Shown piece after piece: positions 50,564-62,312 of a DNA stretch of 64,000 bases. Source of the stretch: Vitrella brassicaformis CCMP3155 (lineage: Eukaryota; Protista; Chromerida); the NCBI GenBank assembly GCA_001179505.1, contig CDMY01000489.1, forward strand, positions 3,412 to 67,411, read 5' to 3'. The notes beneath the pieces are model-generated. The model made no database searches, had not been told where the DNA came from, and was given only the letters and a program-made list of their open reading frames with translations. A program made the position numbers and the translations under genes. Position 1 is the first letter of the stretch. Every line of letters begins with the position of its first letter.

Positions 50564-53027
50564 TGTCGTGTGTGTATCTAAAGTGTTCCTGCGTCACTGG
50601 GAGCGGTGTCGGTCTCGCAAGAGAGTCCTCGACTTCAGACCCTACGACAACGACCCCGTCGCAAAGGTGAGCACAGTGCTGTCTGCCCCTGACCCTCGTC
50701 CGTTGATTCATCTTCCTGTGCATCTCTCTCTCTCGACAGGCCCTGGCGACTCTCCGCTACCACTACGTGCTCACCGCCCAGACACTCGGCGATGACATGA
50801 AAGCGCCGCCGAGCAACCGTGTGGCCAGCCTGCGTGTCCGCTGCATCACCGAGATGTGCAAGCGCTTCCCCAACCTGCGTGTGGCGGCCATCGAGAGCTG
50901 CGACGTCACTTTGCCCGGCTCCGGGCCCCCATCCTCATCGACGGAGTTGGTCAAGTGGTCGCCGAGCAAGGAGACCTCGCCGCCCCCGCCCGGCAAGACC
51001 AAGACGGTTCGGTGCTCCGTCTTGTACAAGTGGGACGTCAGCCAGCAGCGGCTGGTGCGGGTGTATAGGATCGTGCTGGGGCTGCTCGAGGGCACATCGG
51101 GGGCCAAGTGAGTAGCGAGACAGACGACACTCATTGAATCGACCACATGGATGGATTGACACATGGGATGGGTGGTTGTGTGTGGTGTGTGCAGGAATCC
51201 CATTGTGGGAGAGGGCAAGAGCGAGAATCAGAACCATGCTGTCATCTTCACACGGGGCGAGACCGTCCAGGCCATCGACATGAACCAGGAGATGTACCTC
51301 GAGGAGGCACTCAAGCTGCGCAACCTCCTGCAGGAGTTCGCAAAGGACTCCAACATGGCCATCGTCGGCTTCCGCGAGCACGCCTTCCTCCCGGCCGCTG
51401 TGGCGCCCTCGTACCTGTCCAACATCTCGCAGACCCTCTTCACGGCATTCGACGCGCGCGCCTTCCACATGCCGATGCGTGTGCGGTTCCACTACGGCCA
51501 CCCTGACGTGTTGGACAGGTACCTGGTGCAGACGATCGGCGGCATGAGCAGGGGCAGCGCCATTATCAACGTCACGGAAGACGTCTACTGCGGCATGAAC
51601 TACGTGCAGAGGGGGTACTCGGTTTCACAGGTCGACTACATCATGGTAAGGAGAGAAGAGACACCCACCCAACAGCACCACCACACATGGATTGGATGCC
51701 CCCTCGCCCCCTCTTTGTCTGAGTGCAGTGCTCGAAGGGCTGGCCGAACGACCTGGACCAAGTGGTTGCGTTCATGCGCAAGATCTCGTGCGGGCTGTGC
51801 GAGGCGCAGGTGGCCAGCCGCGACGCCTACAGGATGGCCTACGGGTTCGACTTCTTCCGCATGCTGTCGCTGTTCGCCGTCTTCCCGGGGTGGAACATCC
51901 TCAACCCACTGGCACTCTTCGCCATCTGGCTCTTCTGCTACGGAAGGCTCTTCCTGCACGCCTTCATCGGTGAGGGGGGGGACAGACAGACAGACAGACA
52001 GGGAGGGAGCTGAAGAGGGCGAGAGGGGGCCATGTGGTGTGTGTGTGTTTGTATGTGTATTGTGTTGTGTGTGACTCAGCTGCTATCCCTGACGAGATCC
52101 GGCCTCTGGTGGTTGGGATGGACAGTGCTTTGGTGACCATCATGGACAGGATATGGCTCATCCTACTTGGGCTCTTCTACATGAGGTAGGTGAGATGGGC
52201 CAGGCCAGGCCAGGCCACCGGTGCACTGCAGTGAGTGCGGAGGGAGTGTGTTGCCCATCTGTCCACCATGCCTGTGTGTGGTTGGTGTGGTGTGGTGTGT
52301 CAACAACGGCTGCAGGTTCTTTGCTGTGGTTGCTTTGGAGGAGGGTCTCGGCGAGGGCTTCAAGCACATGTGGCAGCACGTCCGATCGCTCTCACTGCTC
52401 CACTACACCTTCTCCGGTATGCATGCCTCCTCGCTCGCCCGCACGCACGTATCACCACACTCACACACACACGAGACAGACGACTTCGATCGATGTCAGT
52501 TGGGACATGGACGAGTGGTTTTGACGAGACGATCCTGTTTGGTCGCGCCAAGTACCAGAATGCTGGTCGCGGGTTCAGCATCAACCACAAGGACCTCATC
52601 CACCTGTGGAAGTCATACTTCTACTCCCACTTCCAAGTCGCTATCGAGCTGCTCCTGCTGCTCTTCTACCTACACGTAAGCTGCGCTGCCCAAGCTGCCC
52701 TCCAGCCATCCACCCGTCCGGCCTGCATTGCAAGCAATGGCGTCTATCACATCACGTCTCGTGTGTGTCCGCGTGTGTTGTGTTGTGTTGTGTGTGCAGT
52801 TTCTGCAGGACATGCATCCTGTGATCGGGATGCACGTGTGGTGGCTGTGGTTTGTGGTGGTGTCGTTCCTGTACGTGCCGCACCTCTACAACCCCATGGG
52901 CCTCTCCTGGGGCCACCTCATCTCAGACTTCAGCGCTTGGCAAAACTGGATCAGATCAAAGGTAGGTAGAGAGGTAGCTGGGTAGGTACCTACCTAACCG
53001 AACGCGCCAAAGCGGCATCCATCCATC

Positions 53028-53060
<33 letters not shown>

Positions 53061-54206
53061 TGTGTGTGTCAGAACAAGCATGACCCCAACGAGAGCTGGT
53101 ACGCCTGGTGGCGCGCACAGATGGAGTTCCGCAACGGCGCCGCCCCATTCAACAAGGTCGTCATCTTCATACGACAGTGGAGATTCATGCTCCTGGGGCT
53201 CTGCTTCGCCGAGGCCGCACACTGGTACGGTACACACACAGCAGAGAGGCCATCCCTGCAGGGCCTGCAGAGACCACCGCTGTGCTGTGCTGTGCTGTGC
53301 TGTGCCGTGTGTGTAGGGAGTGGCACCACATTCTGGCGTCGCCGAGCATGATCCAGGGCAAGCTGACGGTGCCGACGTGGGAGGGGGCGTGGGAGATGGT
53401 GCAGCAGAGCCCCCTGCTGGCCCCAGTCATCTTCGTGATCCTGCTGATAGTCTCCATGGCACTCTCCACTCACAACCGGGACCACCACCCCAAGTTCTAC
53501 AATCCCAAAGACACACGCGTACGCTGCTCACCCACCCAAGCCCGCCACACCACACACACTCACCTCTCTCTCTCTCTCTCTCTCTCTGGCACACCTGCAG
53601 CATGGTCTGATGTCATTGATGTCGAGCACGGCCAATCGTCTGGTCTCCCTGATCGTGCGTGTGGTTTGTCTTGTCCTGGTGGGGCTGTTCCTCTACTTCC
53701 TCATTGGCGGTGAGGGCCACGGCCTGGCCTTCGGCACCGTCGTCGGCGGCATGGTGGCCTGCCTGCTCGCCTTCTTCTGTGTGGCCAACCTGCTGGCCGA
53801 GTGCTTCGGCGTCCTCGAGTGGCCGGTGGTCGTCGAGACCATCCGGCTGTGGCACTTTGTGCTGGGCATCGCGGGCACCAGCCCGCTCATCGCACTCGCC
53901 GCCCTCAAGTACCTATTCAACAGCAGCGAGCTGCAGATGTACTACCTCCTCAACTCGTACGGCGTCCGGCGGTCGCTGCTGCACATGGGGCACGTCGGCA
54001 AGATGCTGCACAAGATCCGCAGGGAGCAGAAACACCCATACGCCTACAACAGTAAGACGCAGGGCACGACGGCCAGGAGGGGCGGGCCTGGGCAGCAGGC
54101 CGCACTGCCTGACCATGACGATCACGACGCCATTGCCGACCACCAGCAGAGGGGGGCGGCTGACGAGCAGGGGGGCACTCTGCCTGCTTTTGGGAAGCAG
54201 CTGTAG
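43605..54206 (+). CDS. FKS: 1,3-beta-glucan (callose) synthase, GT48/FKS family, many exons
   Basis: FKS1 domain-1 IALWKLMWGESANLRHCPEML; KYFSSSLFMEMP; WASDRSQTLWRT; GEGKSENQNHAVIFTRGETVQAIDMNQEMYLEEALKLRNLLQEF; RVRFHYGHPDV; NVTEDVY; DFFRMLS; RAKYQNAGRGF; LYNPMG; multiple TM segments. Confidence 0.97.
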
Positions 54207-56685
54207 ATGGGACAGAGAGAGACACAGAGAGAGAGAGAGATGGGGAGAGGGCGCGGCGCCCTCTGTGTGCGTGTCTTCTGTCTTTCTGTGCGAGTGGCTG
54301 CCGTGGTTCACTTTCTTTTTTTTCCCACGAGAGTCTGGCCGACTGTCTCTGCTGCGCCTTTTTGCGCCATCCTTCTTTCCGCTTCTCATGCATGTGACAT
54401 ATGTGATGTAATGAGTGCGTTGATTGCGTGCCTCCTTCGTACCGACGGCAGGGCAATGCGTTCGATGGATGCTGCCACGAAGTTTCGGCCATGCCGCCCT
54501 CCGCCACGCCGCGCCACGCCAGGCCGCCCCTACCACCACCACACAGATAGACAGACAGAGCCGCGCTGCCGCATTTCGCATTTGTTGATGATGATAGCAA
54601 GGCGTGCATCCTTCCCTCCTTGCACGTGTCGATAGCAACCTGCATGCGGCTGGCCGAGCGAGGGAGCGAGGGAGCGATTCGTCGACAGGCCGGCGGGCGT
54701 ACGTGCGGGTGGCAGGGCCAACACACGAGCAGAGCAGAGCCGAGAGAGGGGCGGTGTTTTTCTTGGTGCCGTTCAGTCGGTCTGTCGGTCGGTCGGTCGG
54801 TCGGCCGGGGGCAGCGTGTCGTGTGTCCATGCACGTGTAGTGTGTGTTGTGTGTGATGTGTCTGTATCTATGTCTTCCGGCTAGCCTAGCTCTACACTTT
54901 GTGATTGACCCTGTGGCGTGGCGTGTTCGGTTCGGGCAGCAGTAGGGGAGCGAGGGAGGGAGTGAGACATGACATGACATGACCATACCATCCATACCAT
55001 GATGCCGCCCATGTCTCAATGGCGTTCATGATGCACACACACATACAGAGGGGCTGCGTGGATGGATCGATGGATGGATGGGCCTGCGTGTGTGTGTGTG
55101 CCCGTGTAATCTTTCAATCCGTGTTGGTCAGCTGCTCTCTCCATGCCATGCATGCCGTGTGCATGTGCGTGGCGTTAAGACATCGTTCTACTACCACCTC
55201 CTTCGTTGCACTACTCACAGACAGATGAGAATAAGCTTGCCTGATGCCATCCATGCATGTGTGTGTGCGGGTGGGTGGGCACCATGAGGGTTTTGTGTGT
55301 TTGAAATATTATTTTTGTTCATTGCGTACCTATTATAGCCACCACACCCAAGGAATAGCTGCTGCTGTTATGGTCATGACCAACACACACACACACGCAC
55401 GCACGCACCCACGCAGCGACGACCAGGACACAATTCATTCATTCAGTCAGTATATATTCGTTCGTCGGCCAACCGATCGCACGCACGCACGGTCCTCTCT
55501 TTATGCACACGCACATGCAAAGGCAGACGAGGTGCAGACAGACAGACAGACAGAGAGACAGAGAGACGAAGATGGATCAATTCAATTCAATTCGCCAGCC
55601 ATTTGTTAACGAGCGCCATCCATAGGGTGTCGAGATGGGAGAGGAGACACAGAGGCAGACAGACCCACAGAGAGGCCGGGAAGGGCACAGCACAGACCAG
55701 ACAGAGAGATAAATTGTTTGTAACACGACTGACTGACTTGAGGGGGGATGGGGAGGGCAAAGTGGCGGTATTTCTCGTGGTGGGCTGGGTTTCTGTCTGT
55801 CTATCTGAACACACTAAGCATAGGATAGCATAGCCCTGTGCTCATTTCCTGGATACGTCGAAGGATCCTAGCTCGGTTTGGTGGCCTCGAAGGATTGGTC
55901 TCACTCTAGGTCTCGCTCCCCCTCTCAGAGTGCGTGTGTGTCCATGTGTGTGTGTGTGTCCACATGCGTGTGTGTGTATGTTTGTGTGTTCCACTATGCT
56001 ACGCTATGCTATTCTATGCTATGCCAGCCCTGGCGATGGACATCCATGCGTATATGTACGTGTTGGTTCACCCGTTCGTACCACCCTAACTAACCTACTG
56101 GCTTGCACACACACCGGTGGCTGGCTGGCTGGCTTGCTGGCTGGCTGCTGCAATTGCATCTCAATGTCTGTCTGTGTTCGTGTGGGCGTGTGTGTGTGTG
56201 TGTGGTTTCTACGTAGACTCGCCGTCAGCCCAGCCACCCACCCTGCTGTCAGCCAGGCTTTCCACCCTCTGGCGGGCAGCGGGAGGGCGACAGACACGAA
56301 TCTTTGGCTGCTCTTTTTCCGTAGGCAGACTCACAGACAGACGCACACACACAGACTCTTTCTCTCGATGCCTCTGAGGCGTATGTATTCTGCGTGTGCG
56401 TGTGTGTGTCGGGGGGTGGTTTCTCTGTCTGGTGCTGCATGCCATGGTCTGGTCGGTCCATGATGAATCCCATCGCACGTCGCTGTCTGGGGGCTTTCAT
56501 GATTTCAGCTACGCGTGACGCGCAAACACAAGACAGACGCAAGGAAGGGAGAAAGAAAGACCGCCACGGCAGTGCTGTGCGTGCGTGTCTCGCCGAGATT
56601 GACAGATGCATCACTCGATGGATTTGCCAGGTTTGTCCTGTCCGTGTGTATGGTATGTGGCCGTGCGTGAGGCGGTCCGGTCCTT

Positions 56686-57102
56686 TTAGAAGCTTTTGAA
56701 GGCAAGTTTGGCTACACAACTAGCCAGGGTACGATGCAGTGCTCGCCACGTGGTTGTGTCGGTGACTGACTGGTCCATCCATCGGTTGATTGGTGGGTGT
56801 CGTGAGATCGTGAGATCAAAAATCCATTCGCTATAACGGGGGTTCTGGGCGTCCGGCTGCAGACGGAAGGGCGTCTTGCCGTAGAACTTCGGGACGACGC
56901 CCGTGTTGGTCGCTTCTTGGAACACACACCCATCGCCGTCTCTCGTCCACTTGAGCAGGATGCGGCTGTTGTGGCCGCCCGCTTCTTGTACGACGTCTGC
57001 ACGCCCGTCGCTGCCCTCTCCCTTGGTCGACACGAAACCATAACGCTTGCAGCCGAGGCGGAGGCGCCCCAGTGGGTTAATGTTTGGGTAGTGAAACGGC
57101 AT
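56686..57102 (-). CDS. Intronless hypothetical protein (about 138 aa)
   Basis: Open frame MPFHYPNINPLGRLRLGCKRYGFVSTKGEG...LAFKSF* with GC3-rich codons, divergent from the OTU gene. There is only a faint bL27-like hint (RLGCKRYG). Confidence 0.5.
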   Translation of the reverse strand: MPFHYPNINPLGRLRLGCKRYGFVSTKGEGSDGRADVVQEAGGHNSRILLKWTRDGDGCVFQEATNTGVVPKFYGKTPFRLQPDAQNPRYSEWIFDLTISRHPPINRWMDQSVTDTTTWRALHRTLASCVAKLAFKSF

Positions 57103-57384
57103 CGTCACTGGGCCACTGCTAAATTGCCGAAAGAAGGGAACCCGGGGGAGTTGCAGGGGAAGGAAGGAAGGCAAAGGCAAAGGTCACGACGCTGTACGAG
57201 GTAACAGACAGGGCAGCGGAGGCAGAGGAGAGGATAAGCCAAACGAGAGCAGGACTGGGAAGGTGTGAGGAGGCAGGACGGAGGATGAAAGCGAAAGATC
57301 TTGTTTCGATTTTGGCCCGTCTCCTCATTCTCGCCACCTTGACTGCGAGCTTTTGGCGAATCGCAACGCGCGCGGATCCTCTCC

Positions 57385-58635
57385 ATGCCGCCATCCTGCC
57401 TGATCCCGTCCATTATGGCTTATGTTCTCTCTGCGGCCGCACTTTCATTGTCGCACACGCGGCGAGAGGCTGACAGAAGGGTCACTGTGATCAGCCACAT
57501 GAATCATCCATTGCGGAGAGCCAACGTCTTCGTCGTGCGGGGCGGCGGCGTCAGCTCGTGGCGCAGCGCCCTCGAGGTGCTTGGTGTAGGCAGAACGTCT
57601 GGCTGCAGGTCGTTTGGTAGGGAGTGGGAAGAGATGCCATCCCGGTGGCGCCAGAGGAATGCCGACAACGACCAAACCATCTGTCGAAAGGTGAGTGCAC
57701 GCGGGGTTTGTCTGCACCTGAACTCTCATCTCACCGCGTCTGCTTTTTGACATCGTTCAGGAGACTGGTGGAGGTGGCGATTGTCTGTTCTATTCTATCG
57801 CCGAAGGCCTGGCGTCTGGCGGTCTTGTTGACACCGACGGCAGCCCCTACACGGTCCCAAGACTGAGGCGCGTCGTCGCGCGTGCGTTTGTGGGCCGCAC
57901 GGAGGGCGACGAGTACGACGAGAAGCTGTTCAGAGAGCGCATGGACGCCTTCGTGGCATTGGAGGCGAGTGGCGAGCAGTGGCCTGACGAATGGAGTCCA
58001 TTGGCCATCATGGAACAGGACGCATACGTTGATACCAAAGGTAAGTAATCACGGCTCTCATGCTCACATCCACGGGAGGCGGCTGATATATCTAGATTTG
58101 TGCTCTGTGTGGTGTGACGCCAGGCGTGATATGGGATACGTCAACAATGGCGCAGAAGGCAGATGCGGTGGAACATGAGCTGTCCCAATGCGGCAACAGC
58201 CACTGGGGAACGGCAGTCGACCTCGGTGAGACCAGGCACACACGTGCACACACAAGTCGGGCGAGCATTCTCATCAGCTGTCTTGTGTCTGCCTGTCTTG
58301 TGGTTTGCACCATCCATGCAGAGCTGCTTGAGGACGCGCTGGATGTCGGCTTCATCATTCTATCGCAGCAAACGGGGCGGGTATACAACTACCGGCTCGA
58401 CAGCGACACACCACGCGCGTATTACATGCTCCTCTTCTATCAGGACGACATCCACTTCCAGCTGGCGGCTCTCGCCGTGCCGGCAGAGGGAGAGAGCAGC
58501 GCCCGCTCTGTTGACACGTCCCCCAGCCCCAAGATGCGCCTCAAGTCTTTGTTTTCAGCTGCCGAGGTGCCGCGCTGTCTGAGGACGATATGGCAGGAGG
58601 ATAGCAGACAACCATGGCCATGCAGCAAGCTCTAG
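57385..58635 (+). CDS. OTU-like cysteine protease (putative deubiquitinase)
   Basis: Spliced exon ETGGGGDCLFYSIAEGL (oxyanion loop plus catalytic Cys), SHWGTAVDL-ELLEDAL, and YMLLFYQDDIHFQL (catalytic His). Confidence 0.8.
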
Positions 58636-58912
58636 AGGGGTGTGTGTAGTACGACAGCTGGCATGTCGCTTCTCTGTGTGTGGAAAGAGTTTACATTTGG
58701 CATGTTGCTGCGCTTGCGACTTGAAGGCCTTCGAAGATGTACCCCAACCCGCAGTAAGGCGGAGGCAATACAAGGCCGCTTACGCCTGCATCTGTGGGCG
58801 ACTATCAATCGGTACGAAACGCCCACTCCATGAGGCAAAGGGATCTTCGCCATCAGCCATCCTCTCCATCTCCTTCTCCTCACAGCATTCTTCGACACCG
58901 GCACAGCAGCAG

Positions 58913-59529
58913 ATGCAGATGCACCAGGTGATGCACGCGGCGGCCGCCAAGGTCGCCGCTCCTAAGGCAGCCAGTGGCAGCACTCAGGTATGCAATGAGG
59001 CGAATAGCAGACACACGCCTTGGCTTGTGTTGTTGTGTCGTGTTGTGTCGTGTCGTGTCGTGTCGTATGGTGCAGTTGCTCATCAACAGTGTTCCACCCG
59101 GTGCACCTCTACCACATGCCAACTCACAGAAGCCATGCCCATACATCAACTCTCAAGTACGCATGACGGCAATGGCATCACCCACCAACACACACACGAA
59201 GCCATTTCTGTGTGTGTGTGTGTGTGCTGATGTGTGTGTCAGGCCGATATACGACGTCACGAGCCAACTGCTGCCAACACGTGCCTTCGCATCACGTCGC
59301 TGCTCAGGATGGCGCCGACGAGAGACCCGCCCATCGAAGAAGATAGCCTGCGTGGATGTTTGGTTGGCCCGTGTACGTGAGCCCTCTCTGTCTCTGATGT
59401 GTCTGTGTGTGTGTGGTCTGCTTGATATTCATGACACTGTTTCACTTAATTGTGCACTTGTGCGCCTTTGTCAGTTCACGTGAAGCCTGGCCTGGCACCC
59501 TCCCTCCCTTTACGCACACCCGCACATGA
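58913..59529 (+). CDS. Small hypothetical four-exon protein (about 110 aa)
   Basis: Three GT-AG introns splice in frame: MQMHQVMHAAAAKV...STQ | LLINSVPP...NSQ | ADIRRHEP...LVGP | SREAWPGTLPPFTHTRT*. Confidence 0.45.
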
Positions 59530-59588
59530 GCCTTACCCACACGTCCCCCCACATTTCATTTTCATCGTATTCCTTCCTTTCATCATAT

Positions 59589-60513
59589 TCACGACGAGTA
59601 GCACGCACAGCAGGGCAGGATGCGCAACATGTCGCCCACAGCCGTCCTGAGGGTGCTGCGCGTCCGTACCGAACACGGCGAGACACCCATCGCCGCTGCA
59701 CGCAAATCCCTCTCAAAATGGTGGCAACTGAACACACACCAGCCCACCCGCAGCCGAAAGCTCTCGCACTTGGACGTGCGCAGATGCCGTGTGGCTTACT
59801 TGTTGAGGACCATGCTAAACGGGATGCGGCTGTGTCTCACAAGGCACTCACGCAGGCGGGCTGCCGTGCCCAGTGGGCAGAGACGGCGGAAGAATGTGTG
59901 CTTCTCCCGGACTGGGATCCCCCCCAGCACCTCTGTGCCCCACGTGTACACCCGGAACCCATCGGGAGAGCACTAATGCAACGCAAACAAGAGGTAAGCT
60001 GGTGCCGCGCAACGACTGTGTGGGTCTTACGAGGCGGCTCTTGTCGACAAAGAAGACCTCACCCCCTGTGTACACGTGGAGAGGGAATATCCGTCCATCC
60101 ATCCGGCCATCACTTGTGGATGCGTGCAAACAGTCTGTCTCCCACCTTTTGACATGTTTGCAAAGTAGCACCCTAGGTGTTCCCCCGCCGAGTCCCCGAA
60201 GGTGATGGACGCAAACATGATCTCATCGGCATACTCCCACAGGTACATGATGTGGTTGAGGAATGAGAACAACCCTGAACGAAGGCAACAGACACAAATC
60301 AGCCACGGACGACGACTGATCTCCCTTGATGCATGGAGCTTTCTCACCCACTCTCTTTTCTCCCTCGTCACACGAGTCGTCATCTTCGATTTCCTGCAGA
60401 GGCGGCGCACACTCTCTCTGCGGCTTCTCCAATCCATAGCCCACCCCCGGGAATACAGCCGCTGGCTGGACAGGTGGTGGTGGAACGAGAAGGGGCATCT
60501 CTCGTGGGCTCAT
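59589..60513 (-). CDS. Permuted papain-fold peptidase (PPPDE/DeSI- or LRAT-like)
   Basis: In-frame splicing gives ...FSFLNHIMYLWEY...ITFG (His first), then RHSRIPFSMVLN|NCHHFERDL (NCxHF-type Cys motif spanning an intron). Confidence 0.55.
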
Positions 60514-60860
60514 CGGCACCACAAAGGGAACTACAACGAAGGAGAAAAAGCAGCCCAAACAGTCCCCCCCATGGTTGCACTAGTCTGCGTGTCCTCTCTT
60601 ACGTGTGTTTGCAGTGGTCCATAGCGAGGGGCCCATTGCAGGGTGAAGGGGCTGCTCCATGGCGAACGCCTGCTCCATCCCGAAAGGGTAGGGAGGCTGA
60701 GATGCCATGACGGCAAAGGGAACCGAAGGGAGAGCAGTGGGGCCACACCTAGTTCCCCAGTGGGGCCCGATCGCAAATGACCACTGGCCGACCGCCGCTG
60801 CCCGCGTCCCTTTCCTTTTCCTTCTGCTGGTGCGTGCCTGTCAGTGATCCCAGTGGTGCC

Positions 60861-62312
60861 ATGTTCCTACGAAGTCTGATCTCTGCTTTCTGTTTCATCT
60901 TGCTCACATCGCCGCTTCATGCGCATCATCATGACGGCGCGTCCGCCGCACAGCTGACCTCCAGGTCGCTCGTGAGTGCCTTCGATGCAGCTCTGATGGA
61001 CACGCTTGACAATGATCCCTCCCTGATCACCAAAGGAGAAAACTCCACACGCATCGCCGCGTGGACATGCAACCCGAGGTGAGCACCACGCTCATCACGA
61101 GAGAGCATTGATTGCATGCGCCAATGTACGCACACCCCTCACGTGTGGTCCTTCTTGATTGGTCGATGCTCCCAGGGGCGACTGGTCTTACCCCCCGATG
61201 GAAGATCTGTCAGAGGAGGAACGGCTCTTCTGGGTGCTCAAGAACAGGACCCTTCGCGTTGGCGCCCTCGGCCCGTACGACTGGGGCCCTGACGGCAACT
61301 ACACCAAGGTCCCGCCGGAGGGCTTCTGGCCCGACTACCTCGCTGAGATTGTCTCTCGACTGGGGGCATTCTACGGCATGGAAGTGCAGATAGAGCGCGT
61401 CTTCTTCGCCGATTCAAAGGAGCTGCTGGAGACCCTTGACGACGGTAGGGCAGCCAATGCATGTGGGTGGGTGGACGATGTGCCTGCATCATGCGTGTGT
61501 GTCGTCATTTTGCAGGCGAGTCCGCACCGCCCGAGAAGCGCATCGACATGACTGAGCCGTACTACATCCTGTCTGCTCTAGATCACACCGACAGGCCCCG
61601 CCAGGAGCGGTTTCTGACCTCCTGCACCACGCTGGGTACCATCGCCTCCGTGCTGGTCAAGGAAGACTCTCCTCTCTTCAACAGGACGGAGCTCAGCGTC
61701 GCAATGAAGGTAGGCACATCACACCAAGTGGAGGAGGGTCGGCACTTTATACACGCGGTGTGTGTGGTGCAGTCTCGGGGGTCGTGGACGGTTGGCGTCT
61801 TGTCGGCTGGCAACTTTGACGGAGTGCGGCCTGTGCTGCCGCGCAACGCCACGCAGCAGACCTACTCTAACGATGCGGACCTCGTGGCGGGCGTCATAAA
61901 CAGCGAGGTCTGCCGGCCGGCACGAAGGCTGTCGTGGCACACACACAGCATTTGCTGCGTTGTGTGTCTGTGTGTGTGTCACAGGTGATCGCGGCCATCC
62001 ACACTGGCAAGGTAGAGCCAGAGCTGATGGAGGGCCTTCGTGAGTTCACGACGGGCTTTGTGCAAAGCCAGGCAGCCTTCTTCAGGTGAGCTGACTGGAC
62101 ACGTGCAAGTGCCGTCCATTTGTGTATTTCTGTGTGCGTCTGTCTGTGGTGCGTGTACGCTGTGCAGGCTGGATCGGCCTGAGGAGTTTTGCATGGCGCA
62201 TTACTCGGAGTTCGACCCACGGAGTGCGTCGGCGGCCCATCCACTCGTGTCTGTCGGGCTGTGGCCTTTGGTCATCTCCATGGCTGGCATGCTGTCGTTG
62301 GCCCGCTGCTGA
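60861..62312 (+). CDS. Secreted, probably GPI-anchored protein with a type-2 periplasmic solute-binding-like fold
   Basis: Signal peptide MFLRSLISAFCFILLTSPLHA; NRTLRVGAL..YDWG...EGFWPDYLAEIVSRLG...QIERVFF...LLETLDDG..IDMT (SBP family-3-like); VLVKEDSP; TVGVLSAG; small-residue spacer plus hydrophobic C-terminus (LVSVGLWPLVISMAGMLSLARC*). Confidence 0.6.

Noticed and set aside
39616-53500. Large antisense ORFs overlapping the secreted-protein and glucan-synthase genes (e.g. 41964-42857, 46622-47863, 52235-52969)
   Set aside because: They are expected shadow frames of GC3-rich coding DNA or intron read-through, with no independent motifs.
54207-56680. Many 60-370 aa ORFs and a possible ncRNA in the 2.5-kb region after the glucan synthase
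   Set aside because: The ORFs are translations of (CA)n, (GACA)n and (GGTC)n microsatellites or UTR. No tRNA cloverleaf, C/D or H/ACA box pair, or stable long stem was seen.
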